Part shown: piece after piece, positions 12,351 through 22,480 of the stretch | Position numbering within the stretch: the stretch's first letter is position 1 | Layout of the letters: every line of letters starts with the position of its first letter | From: Stylophora pistillata | Taxonomy: Eukaryota | Assembly (NCBI RefSeq): GCF_002571385.2 | Contig: NW_019217826.1 | Location: 1-64,000, forward strand | DNA length: 64,000 nucleotides | Direction: 5' to 3' | Notes under the pieces: model-generated | What the model saw: the letters and a program-made list of their open reading frames with translations, nothing else | Databases searched by the model: none | What the model was told of the DNA's origin: nothing | Position numbers and translations under genes: made by a program

Positions 12351-12881
12351 CTATGCTTTAATTATGTAGAGAGTTGTGCTTTGTTTATGAAGAGTGTTGT
12401 GCTATGATTAGGGAGAAAGCGGCGCTTCGATTAGAAGAGAGTTACGTTTGGTGTAGGGAGACAGCTGTGCTTTGTTTATAGAGTTGTGTTTTGATTAAAG
12501 AGAGAGCTGCGCTTTTTGAGTAGAGGGTGAGTTGTGCTTTAATCAGAGAGAAATCGGTAGGTTTCCTAAATAGACGTCTTTTTTTAAGGGGAGAAATATC
12601 TCCTGGCTACGGAAGGGAAGGCTATTGTGAATTCTATAAAAGTGCTGTTGCCAGTGAAGACTGTGACAAAACCTTCGTTTGAGAGCACCATAGGTTAAGG
12701 AGAGAGTTTGGTGCTTTGTTATGCCGATTGTGCAGCCCATATAGGTGTAAGTCAAAATAGCGAGGGCCTAGTGGAAATCTATAAAAGAAAGAAATTCGTA
12801 GAACAGGTTTGGATTTAAATCAATTGATTTGGACTACAACTTCACTACTTTGGCCTAGTCGCTTTGGATTAATACAGGTCA

Positions 12882-13196
12882 TTATTATATGGCTGTCTCA
12901 CAAGGACTGGGAACTACCGAATTCACGAATTTGATTGGCTAAAATCAATATTGAAAGCGGTCTAGATTTTCCCATCTAGACCGACATCTAGACCGGTCTA
13001 GAAAAAAAGGTACAAAGAATATAAAAAATTGGCTTATAAGACACAGCCATATAATAAAGATCTTATTAATCGAGCTAGGTCGGTCTGTATGGGAGAATCT
13101 TGACCACGGTTGCTGGTACAGACCTCACTGCGATCGGTCTGTACTGGCGACCTCGGTCAAGATTCGCCATACAGACCTCCCGCTCGGTTAATAAGA
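12882..13196. mobile_element. Non-autonomous element: short internal inverted-repeat pair plus long terminal hairpin
   Basis: ttattatatggctgt (12882-12896) is inverted at acagccatataataa (13043-13057). Imperfect hairpin 13061-13196 (tcttattaatcgagc...gctcggttaataaga). Confidence 0.65.
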
Positions 13197-14022
13197 ACTA
13201 AATATTGCCAAGCATAGAGGGGCGGTTTCTTATTATAGTAACATACGTAATAACACAATTTTGATCATATTCTTTCAAGTGCATTTGTGAGAAATCTTTC
13301 CACTCTATCAACTATTAATGAGCTTTTCGCCGACGTTTTCTTTCGTGTGAGGGGTTGATGATCAATTGATTGATGATTAATTGATTAATCTATATTTAGA
13401 TATCGCGAGATTATGAATCGAACTGTTTATATTCTCTTGCTAGATATGGTAATCGATATCACTTAACTGATTTGCTTTCTTCTTTTTTTAAAGCAGTTTG
13501 TGGGCGATACGACAAGCCAGCAATCTTTGTCATGGACAGCAATCTTCGTCGTAAAAGAGATACTGTAGTTGTCATTTTCCGCGAGAGATTTCTGTTCCTT
13601 TAAAAGTACACACCACAGATCGTCAATAGATGAAGAATGTGGCTAAAGAAGCATCTTCTGATGCTTCCATGGAGTATGGCCAGGCACCAGGGATTTCTTC
13701 ATGTCGTCAAGACAGCTGCACTAGTGTTTTTTTAAAGACTCGGCTTAAAAGAAGCACTGCGGCAAGTCTGGGGCACCGATGGTGCACGACTATTCCAGTC
13801 ATCGGAATTCCTCACAGTCTCACAGATTGCCTCCAGATGAAGCTGATTTGCAAGTAGCTCGGGAGGATAGTAATTTTAGCGAGGCAAAGGAGACTATCGA
13901 ATCAATGCAACCGTGTTTGCCAAAAGTCATCATGAAGTTGACTTTCTCTTTAGTTTAGCAGACTTAGAAAGGGAAGAAGAGGAAAAATGAACGGAGACTC
14001 GCTCTTAATCGTCAGTTACTGA

Positions 14023-14225
14023 TTATAACATAACTAAAGCAAAGCGCGCGCTCTGATTGCTTAATTTAGCATGGGTGTATGCTGCTGACGTGAGCAAATA
14101 CTAAGACTATTTTTCCGCGCGCGCTTGTTTTTTCTGATCACGTAAGATTTGTTAAATAAAAGGCAACCCTTGTTACAATGTTTCAATGTTATGTTACTAA
14201 AACAAAAGGTAAACACCACAGTACA
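14023..14225. mobile_element. Truncated copy of the repeat family seen in full at 38233-38610
   Basis: Shared ttataacata...aaagcgcgcgctctgatt...gcgcgcttgttttttctg.tcacgtaagatttgttaaat...ggtaaac. Another 5' fragment lies at 45775-45830. Confidence 0.75.
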
Positions 14226-14291
14226 GTTTGTTCATAGTTCTGCTGAGCTCTTTTACCGGTTGTTGGATACAGAGCTTATAAAGAGGATTTT

Positions 14292-15090
14292 AAACAACAA
14301 CAAACATATGAAACATATGTATGAACTGCGGTTCTGAAACGTATATGTGCACGATCCTTCGCAGTAAAGCACTATTTGAGCAATAGTGAAAATCAGACCT
14401 GAAAAAAATTTCAGGCCTGTACGGGATTCGAACCACTGACCTCTGCGATACTAGTGCAGCGCTCTACCAATTGAGCTAACAAGCCAACTGGGAGCAGGCC
14501 ATCAAATTAATTCGACATAAACCCGTAGATGATAAATCAAACAACAACAAACATATGAAACATATGTATGAACTGCGGTTATGAAACGTATATGTGCACG
14601 ATCCTTCGCAGTAAAGCACTATTTGAGCAATAGTGAAAATCAGACCTGAAAAAAATTTCAGGCCTGTACGGGATTCGAACCACTGACCTCTGCGATACTA
14701 GTGCAGCGCTCTACCAATTGAGCTAACAAGCCAACTGGGAGCAGGCCATCAAATTAATTCGACATAAACCCGTAGATGATAAATCAAACAACAACAAACA
14801 TATGAAACATATGTATGAACTGCGGTTATGAAACGTATATGTGCACGATCCTTCGCAGTAAAGCACTATTTGAGCAATAGTGAAAATCAGACCTGAAAAA
14901 AATTTCAGGCCTGTACGGGATTCGAACCACTGACCTCTGCGATACTAGTGCAGCGCTCTACCAATTGAGCTAACAAGCCAACTGGGAGCAGGCCATCAAA
15001 TTAATTCGACATAAACCCGTAGATGATAAATCAAACAACAACAAACATATGAAACATATGTGTGAACTGCGGTTATGAGACGTATATGAG
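14292..15090 (-). repeat. Tandem array, 3.2 near-identical copies of a 247-bp pseudo-tRNA-containing unit (family B)
   Basis: Units start at 14292, 14539, 14786 and 15033. The array ends at the N at 15091. Confidence 0.92.
14413..14485 (-). pseudogene. tRNA-Thr(AGT)-like 73-nt cloverleaf with a broken T-stem (also 14660-14732, 14907-14979, 4229-4301)
   Basis: GGCTTGT TA GCTC AATTGGTA GAGC G CTGCA CTAGTAT CGCAG AGGTC AGTGG TTCGAAT CCCGT ACAGGCC T. 7-bp acceptor stem, intact D arm and A/B boxes, T7 Pol III terminator 4 nt downstream. The T-stem has two mismatches. Confidence 0.75.
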
Positions 15091-15091
15091 N

Positions 15092-15567
15092 AATAATAAT
15101 AATAATGATTCAATATTTATATTGCCCAAATGAACATGTGGATATCATCAAATGCGCATCACAACACTTTTCGGGGGACTTTGGCCGGACTGCATCAGCA
15201 GTTTACAAAACAATCGAAGGAAACTTATTTCAAGATGCCTCCTCCCCCAATTCCCAGTAAACAGGCCAGACCACATCACTTTAATCTCGTGAGTGGGTTC
15301 TTTAACGTCCCCTGCCTAACCAAATTAACTAATTAATAGATGCAAGAGACGGGACCTACGGTTTATTCGTCCTTATCCGAGAAGACTAGAATGTCTATCT
15401 ATTTCTTGATATTATAGAAAGGTAGCGCATTCTCATCAGTTATTTTAAGACCTTGAGTGTTGGTCCGGCCAGGGCTCGAACCATCGACCTCGACCTCCCG
15501 CACAACAGTCCAGCGCTCTAACCAATTGAGCTAACCGGGAGGCGGTTGAGCTAACCGGGAGGCGGTT
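15092..15567 (-). mobile_element. tRNA-derived SINE (family A head) with an L2-like 3' tail and (TTA)n end
   Basis: The head has A box TAGCTCAATTGG and B box GGTTCGAGCC. The first ~20 nt are duplicated (15527-15567). The 3' tail is ...gcgcatttgatg...atataaatattgaatc(att)n. Confidence 0.85.
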
Positions 15568-16539
15568 AGTTCAACCGTCAAGAACAGTCAAGTCAAGTAC
15601 AAGAAAAAGAACAAGTCAAGAACACTTCAGGCATTTCCTAAGTCGGAAGCAGTGCGATTCCGAGCACCAAACGTTGCACGGTGAATATGAAATAGCAATA
15701 TAGCATGAATATAAATTTAAAAACAGAAAAATTAGGTACCAGATACATTTTTACCGCGTGAAATATCACTCATTTTTCGAGGCATAAGATGTATATGTGG
15801 ATGTTCTTTAGAGGGCTTAGATAATCGCGATATGTCAAAAGAAGTTAACGTAGTAGCGATGGATAAGAATAGCTGTCTTCATATCGTGCAGACCTTGGTG
15901 CTGATTGATTTCATTTTAAGCCCTCAACGGGGCTTGGTTTTAGCAGTTAATTTTTAATGGTGCGCTATGCGGAGACTCCTTCCCGGATAACCGAAAACCA
16001 CCGTACGTTTTCAAGATTTTCGCAAATTTATAAAAATTTTAAAGATCGCTGGAACTTCAAAGCGTAAACCTTTGAAAATAGTTTACCAAAGGATATCTTT
16101 GGGCAAAAAGGGAAAAATTTTCCAAAAGGATCGTTGACGGGCGATTCTCGATCTTGACAAGCAGCCACTCTTAAGCAATTTGCTGAAGGTGTTCCATAGA
16201 ACACCAAAATGACGGGTCACAAATTTAAGAAAGAACCAATATTGGTTTTATGCAAGTTTTCTGACAGTGACACCCAAGTCTGCCGTTTTTTGAGGATCCA
16301 AATTATTCAAATTATGGTGCTAGTCCAGATGCACTAGCTGCTCCTCTTTTCATATTAGAAGTAAAAACAAGACCAGCGAAAAGTGAAACACCAATTTATC
16401 ACTTGGACGACTGCCATGTTACTGGATCCAGCCTTTGTACAACGTCCCCTACTCTATGACATACTCTCAAGCTCTGGTTTCTTAAGGGGGGGAGGGAAAT
16501 TGTGTTGTACAGCCCTACTGAGGATAGGAGAGAAGCATT

Positions 16540-16710
16540 AGATGAGAAAAAAATTACTGCGAGTCTGAAGATTTAAGTAAGGCCCTTGACACTGTATGCC
16601 ATCACCTCCTGTTGAGAAACTTCAAGGTATAAGGGATTCTGGGACGCTTTCTTGAATTGATTCGCTATTGTCTTATTGATCGCAAGCAACGAGTTGAAAT
16701 TGGAAACATT
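16540..16710 (+). pseudogene. CR1/L2-type non-LTR reverse transcriptase relic
   Basis: Translates to DLSKALDTVCHHLLLRNFKV*GILGRFLELIRYCLIDRKQRVEIG, matching the non-LTR RT motif DLSKAFDxVxH...LxDRxQRV. Contains an in-frame stop. Confidence 0.8.
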
Positions 16711-17302
16711 TAATTAGGTTCTCCCCCTTCCACCTTCCCCCACTGCCCACCCCCTTCCTTCCAGTTATTAAAATTGCGTTCTCTTTCGTTTAGAGCTTAT
16801 CGTCAACTTCAATACTATTGAGATGGGATCGACAAATTTTTAAGCTCTGTAAGTGTCACGCGAAGGGCTGATCATTCACTTTTGGGAGTATTGTCCAAGC
16901 AACCAGACGAGTTTCTTAAGCTTCTTTACAACCTTTTTTTTACAGTTAAAAAATTTATTACATTTTATCTTTGCAGTTAAACCAGAAGGAAGACTTTGCT
17001 CCATTTAAACACTCATTTTATTACAACACATTTTGCCCCCATAATTTAGACGTTACAAGCAGTTTCATCACGGATAACATGAATATGAGAAATAGATTAA
17101 TGAATACACACAAATCTGCGATCCTCTTTCACTGAGGGCGTCATATACACCGTCATTCAACGTGAGTTTGGTTTTACAAGACCATTCAGCCCTACTGAAA
17201 TAGTTACAAAAAAAAAAAACATACAGTCGTTCAAAAGGCCATTCTAAAAATGTGCCATTCTAAATGTGCGCGTGTCATGAATCATTCCTCTTACGACGAG
17301 AA

Positions 17303-18845
17303 CTATTTTTTTACGGTCACAGCGACTTTGACCTTGATTCTAATTCTTATACGAACACGGAAACGGAATCTTCTTTTGCTTAATTCAGCCTCTCGAGGAA
17401 TAGGGCTCTTTTTCGTCTTCATACTTTGGTGGGAACGATCAGTCTTCTTACGCTCCGTATTATCGCAGTCCTGGCCTCCCCTAAAATTAACCACCAAACC
17501 CACTTTACACATTCCGTTATCATCTTTCAAACGCCTGAATGATACTTCTTTAACCACCTCGCGAGTCATTTCCTTCCCAAAAGAACCTTGAAGAGGAACA
17601 AATACATGTATGATGTTATGAATAATTCGTTTTTCGCATGATTTCTCAAGCAATTATTGCCCCCAAAGGATCCTGAAGGTTCATAATACTCCATTTCTGT
17701 TTGATTTGTCTTTTCATTAATTTGTTAGTTTTGTACAATATCATGTCTGGAGACATTCGATTTACACGCAGTAGCCACCAAGAGGCTTAAATTCTCCTTC
17801 CCTCCTTCTAAGAGATGATCAGGAAGGCAGGAATTAAAAATACCGAGATTCATATGTGAGAAGACGTTTTACAAAATCAGCCACGCTGGTTTCTTTCCTG
17901 TTATTTCAAATGGCCGAATAAGGTAAAAAAAACGACATGACTCACCAATTTTCTCGCGAAAGCCGAAAGTATGAAAAACTTAGCGGGAGGCAAATTTCAT
18001 TTCTTCTCCTCACATCGATTTCCCCTTTCCCTCCCTTGAGGATCAGGCTTAAAGGCAAATGCCCTACTTTAAACTGGATTTTTTACTACATGCACTTGCA
18101 CGATGGCCAATTATAAATTCCTTTAGGTGGGATCTCTCAAGTCCAGTTGGATAACGTCAACTGTTACGCACCCTTACTTCGACGGCAATTATTCTCACCA
18201 AGCATAGACAGATCTACTCATTATCAGTACCTGGAATAGATGAGTTCAATTCCTTTCCAGTTTCAAGCAAGGCTTTCTCTGAGCAATTCACCAATTTGTA
18301 ATAATAAGCCTCTTTCTGGAGAAGCAAAGGAAAGACTGATTTTAAGCACAGTTTTTTCTTGTACCCCGATACGTGCTGTGAAGGGTAAACACACTCTATG
18401 GACTTGTTACGATTAATGATGTTTCATTTTTGATAAAGTTAACAATGCATGATTCTTACTTCAGCATCCGGTCCACCTTTTCCCAGCCTCTTCACCGATG
18501 TTCTTTCTTCTTTTTTATAGCCAAGATTCTCGAGTTTCCTCAACATGGGGCATATCGCAGCATTGGGAGGTTTAAAGCTGGAGGGCTCGGAAAGCGTCAT
18601 TTGAAGCTTCTCATTGGCGTCTGTAAAAAAAACACGAAAACAAGAAAATATTTAAGGCTCGTTCGTTCTGAAACCCTACATTTTTAAAGACTATGGGTTT
18701 TGTATTCCTTATGTTAAGAAATTAAACCCACACACGCGAAAGGAAAAAAGTGTGCGCGTAAGCTTGCTAACCAACCGTAAAAGGAAAACTGGGCGAGTAA
18801 AATACTCATCAGAACGAAGAACTTCAATCCACGAAGAGTTTCCAT
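17303..18845 (-). CDS. Secreted-precursor paralogue 2 (unrecognised family), 4 coding exons, 199 aa, C-terminal cationic beta-strand peptide
   Basis: Exons 18845-18776 (signal-like METLRGLKFFVLMSILLAQFSFY), 18620-18460, 18315-18231 and 17586-17303 total 600 nt in frame with GT-AG junctions. Ends ...EAELSKR RFRFRVRIRIRIKVKVAVTVKK*. AATAAA on minus at 17017-17022. Confidence 0.85.
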
Positions 18846-20142
18846 CTCGAATCAGTTATTGTGGGTGACTGGCTCGTTTGTTTTTCCGTGCTTTGACTAA
18901 TAAAGACTGAACTTACAGTGACTCCGATACAACATTTATACTGTTACGATTACGACTGAATGCTATTTTTGAACTGAGATAAATATTTATGTTAATAAGA
19001 ACGTGAATAAGACGAATGCCTACAAGTCTTGGCAGAGCCTTGAGGCAAGGAAGACGAAAACTTTTGTGACATAACTATCTTTTAACAATAGACTTCTTGA
19101 CTAATTCAAAAACTTAACTTATGAGACAATTGACANNNNNNNNNNNNNNNNNNNNNNNNNNNNNNNNNNNNNNNNNNNNNNNNNNNNNNNNNNNNNNNNN
19201 NNNNNNNNNNNNNNNNNNNNNNNNNNNNNNNNNNNNNNNNNNNNNNNNNNNNNNNNNNNNNNNNNNNNNNNNNNNNNNNNNNNNNNNNNNNNNNNNNNNN
19301 NNNNNNNNNNNNNNNNNNNNNNNNNNNNNNNNNNNNNNNNNNNNNNNNNNNNNNNNNNNNNNNNNNNNNNNNNNNNNNNNNNNNNNNNNNNNNNNNNNNN
19401 NNNNAATCCTTCAGTTTGCTTGACGTAGCCTTTCATGTTTATACAAACAGTCACAGTTTGAATAGCTGACCATTCCATATCTTTAATGAATCACAATTTT
19501 CGCGAAAGCTACTTCACATGCATGGTATCCTTCTGTCTTTTCCTTAGCCACTTGTCTGTTCTATGATTTGCAACTTGTTTCATTAAATGTTATAATAAAA
19601 GAACGTGTCATCGTAACGATTTTGTTTATGGTGCAATCTCTAATTTAAAGCAACATCTACTGAAGCACTGCAAACTTTTTGTGTTAAGAAGTGCAAATAA
19701 AACATTTAAAAATTTTTGTCAAATCAAGTATAAGTATAAGTGGATTGATCAAAAAGTCAATGAGACTCTAATGAGACTGACTGTTTCGTTTACTATAAAA
19801 TCAGTAGGGTATGACGAACACGAATCTTCTTTCCGACCAAACGCAGATATGCAAAATTCAGACCTTCAAGGTTAAATGATAAGGCTACTAGAAGCTTTAA
19901 AAGAGAGGATTAGTTAAATGAAAGCAGAATGTCAATTTGAAATTTCTGCGAAACCTGACTTACCACCCTGAACTTCGATCATTATGGAATTATAACATTG
20001 GTCCATGACTTGCAGTTAAATCAATGAAGCTAGAAATAATTTAATTAAACGTGTTAGCTTATCGACAAAACGCAAGTTAACAATAGACGCTACAAATAAC
20101 TTGACAAGTAAAATCGCAGAACAACAGCTAATTCGATTCATA

Positions 20143-20237
20143 AGAATTTGAATGTATCAACAAGGTTGAAATAGTAAATTGGCCACCGTTACGATTATAA
20201 CAGCTGATGTTTCGAGCGTTAGCCCTTCGTCGGAGCG
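20143..20237 (-). mobile_element. 95-bp Penelope terminal fragment made up mostly of the hammerhead motif (20203-20236)
   Basis: Matches about 9880-9975. 13-bp TSD aattcgattcata (20130-20142, 20238-20250). Core CCGACGA...GAAACAUC. Confidence 0.8.
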
Positions 20238-21857
20238 AATTCGATTCATACTATGGCAAGCGTTAAGTTGATCAACCTTCAAACTTATGTTGTTGGTGAA
20301 ACAACGAAAGGAGAAAAGGATATGGCTTTGCCGTAGAACTTCAAATTCAGTGAAAAAGGGAGGTGATTAGTCTGAATGAAATGCTCGCGTCACCTGGATT
20401 ACATCGATCGATGGACAAAGGAAGTGATAAAATTGATAAAATCTTACCAATTGTACTTGATGTCATCACTGAGACAGAATCTCAGAAGTTGCTCGCACAC
20501 AGTTTTTAATATCGGCACGCAGCGTCAATCTCATAGTTCCAGACCTTTCAAGTTCTAGGTTTTTCCAACTGGAAAAAGGTCTCCTGCTTTTTGTGGAATG
20601 GCTGTGCGCAGACGTCAACATTTGATCGTGCCGATCAAATTCCAATTTGGTTCACGCGGCTTTCAAGCAGCACCTATATATCTTTCACTAGTCTACTAGG
20701 AGTAATTAAGTCTGAAAAAATAAACAATTTTCTAAGACGAATAAACAAGGGTAAAAAAAATTGTAACACATTCTATTAGACGGACCAGATCAATTTCCCG
20801 CAAGACGGTATGGCCTTCATAGCAAGCCCTTGATTCTCCAATGACTCAGTATTAACAAGAAAGAAATTTCACTTTCTTCACTCCCTCAAATTGAAGTAAT
20901 TTTCATCTTTTTGCAATGAAAGATAAATTTTCTTAATTTATCATGTCTCTCTCAGGAAAAAATTTCGCCACTGTAGCACACTTTGAAACTTGGGCACGTG
21001 GGTTCAATGAGGCGGAAGAGACGTTTCAAACAGTTTTGTTTACTGCGGTGATATCATATGTTATGAATATATCGGCTACTCTGAAATAAACATCAATAGT
21101 CGCAATTGCATAACAAGCTAGAGCCACCAAAAAAAAGGGATGCGGCCTACATGTCAACGGAAATATCAAAAAATATCTTTTACTGTCAGAAAGGTCCACT
21201 GAAATTTCAACTGAGGTAGTGCGAGCTAAGACCAACTCGATCACCAAGATACATTGTATTAAAAATTTCACGGCAATTTTAACAGATCCTAGATCCAAAG
21301 GAACATTGAAAAAAGAGGAGGTTTTTATAGTTTACAGAGGTCGGCAGCGAAAGGGGGTAGGGACTATCGCCTCGTTCTTTTGAATGGTGGTTATTTTAGT
21401 TTTTAATGTGCAGATCAAGAGAAATGATCTTTTCTCGACCTTTCTGCGACAGCAATCAACTCATTATTATGCTGTCTAACTTTCGTGGACTGTTTAGCTA
21501 TCACTGAGAATCTCGGTAATATCAAAAACAGTCGTTATACGCAGTCGTTCTATGGGATGTTGAATTAAAAGCTTTGGACCAGTTTGTCAATGGAAGTACG
21601 AGACGAATGATTCGTATTTCCACCACCAACTTCACTCTGTATTTGAATTCTTAGCCCTCGTTACTGTTCCTCGTAACGATCTGGAGGGCCTCGCCATTCT
21701 CAGAAGTTTGCAGCCATTTCCTCACATTGGCAGAGAGACTTCAAGTTTTCAAAAAAATCAGAGATTACTCCCACATGATCAGTACATTAAAAAAATGTTA
21801 CCGGAACGGTGATTCCTTTTCGCCAAACTCAATTCCAATTTCAGGCACCCTCCTCCC

Positions 21858-22030
21858 CACACACACACACACACACGCGCCCGCGCGCGCACACACACAC
21901 ACACACGCACGCACACGCGCATGCACACACACACACACACACACAACCTCGTTCCCAGGGCCTTTTTCCTTAGCTACACCCCCAACAAAGGGAAAAGGCC
22001 CTGCGAACGAGGTTGACACACACACATACA
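21858..22030. repeat. (CA)n/(CG)n microsatellite containing a 72-bp hairpin MITE (21944-22015)
   Basis: CA repeats lie on both sides of the inverted ends caacctcgttcccagggcctttt...aaaaggccctgcgaacgaggttg. Confidence 0.85.
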
Positions 22031-22074
22031 TCTATCAAGCACACAACAAGAAGTAGCACCAACTTTAGGGTAAG

Positions 22075-22480
22075 GAGCGATTCAAGTGGTCTCCCCATCG
22101 TTAGGGGGAATTTATCAACCCATTATTTCTGGTTCCAAAGAAGAACGGGGGAGCAGACCAGTTATCAACCTCAAGAAGTTGAATTAAATTTAGTGCAAGA
22201 GCACCTTAAAACATGCAAGGAAATAGAAAGATTAGATGATCACATTGGATCTCAAAGATGGTTGCTTTTGTGGGTGCTAGTGAGTCGACAAAATCAACCC
22301 TTCCTAAAGTTAATTCGAAGAGGGGGAGGGGAAACAAACGGTCATTCGCGTTCCCTTTTGTCAGGCTCCAGCCCATACTTTATTTGTCGGCTCAAAAAAT
22401 TAAGGATAAATGGGCAGTGTCCTATTGATTTGACATTCGCAACCTCTGACACCAAGCGTTTATTACGTCCCGTCTCAACC
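22075..22480 (+). pseudogene. DIRS/Ngaro-type reverse transcriptase relic
   Basis: Frameshifted pieces GEFINPLFLVPKKNGG.RPVINLKKLN, MITLDLKDG and TKRLLRPV match the DIRS RT pattern LFLVPKKxGGxRPVINLKxLN...LDLKDAY...FTKLLRPV. Confidence 0.7.

Larger units (their letters stand above)
8262..12550. repeat. Tandem satellite/minisatellite, ~21-22-bp unit, consensus about AGAGAGAGCTGCGCTTTGATT(AG)
   Basis: Well over a hundred diverged head-to-tail units, purine-rich on +. Interrupted by a Penelope insertion (9827-10612) and a palindrome (12215-12350). Confidence 0.95.

Noticed and set aside
8262-12550. Satellite or 247-bp array as a CRISPR-like locus
   Set aside because: Units are contiguous with no unique spacers, the context is eukaryotic and no cas genes are present.
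13490-13870. GC-richer stretch that looks coding
   Set aside because: Short frames only, with no recognisable motif or consistent splice pattern.
14413-14979. Functional tRNA-Thr gene cluster
   Set aside because: Two mismatches in the T-stem, an A-C pair in the anticodon stem, and embedding in a dispersed repeat indicate a pseudo-tRNA.
17250-17591. Plus-strand hydrophobic 113-aa ORF
   Set aside because: Antisense shadow of the precursor's last exon. The minus frame has splice sites and a paralogue.
21727-22056. THTHTH / VCVCVC ORFs as alternating peptides
   Set aside because: They are translations of a (CA)n microsatellite, unlike the codon-diverse peptide at 17306-17371.
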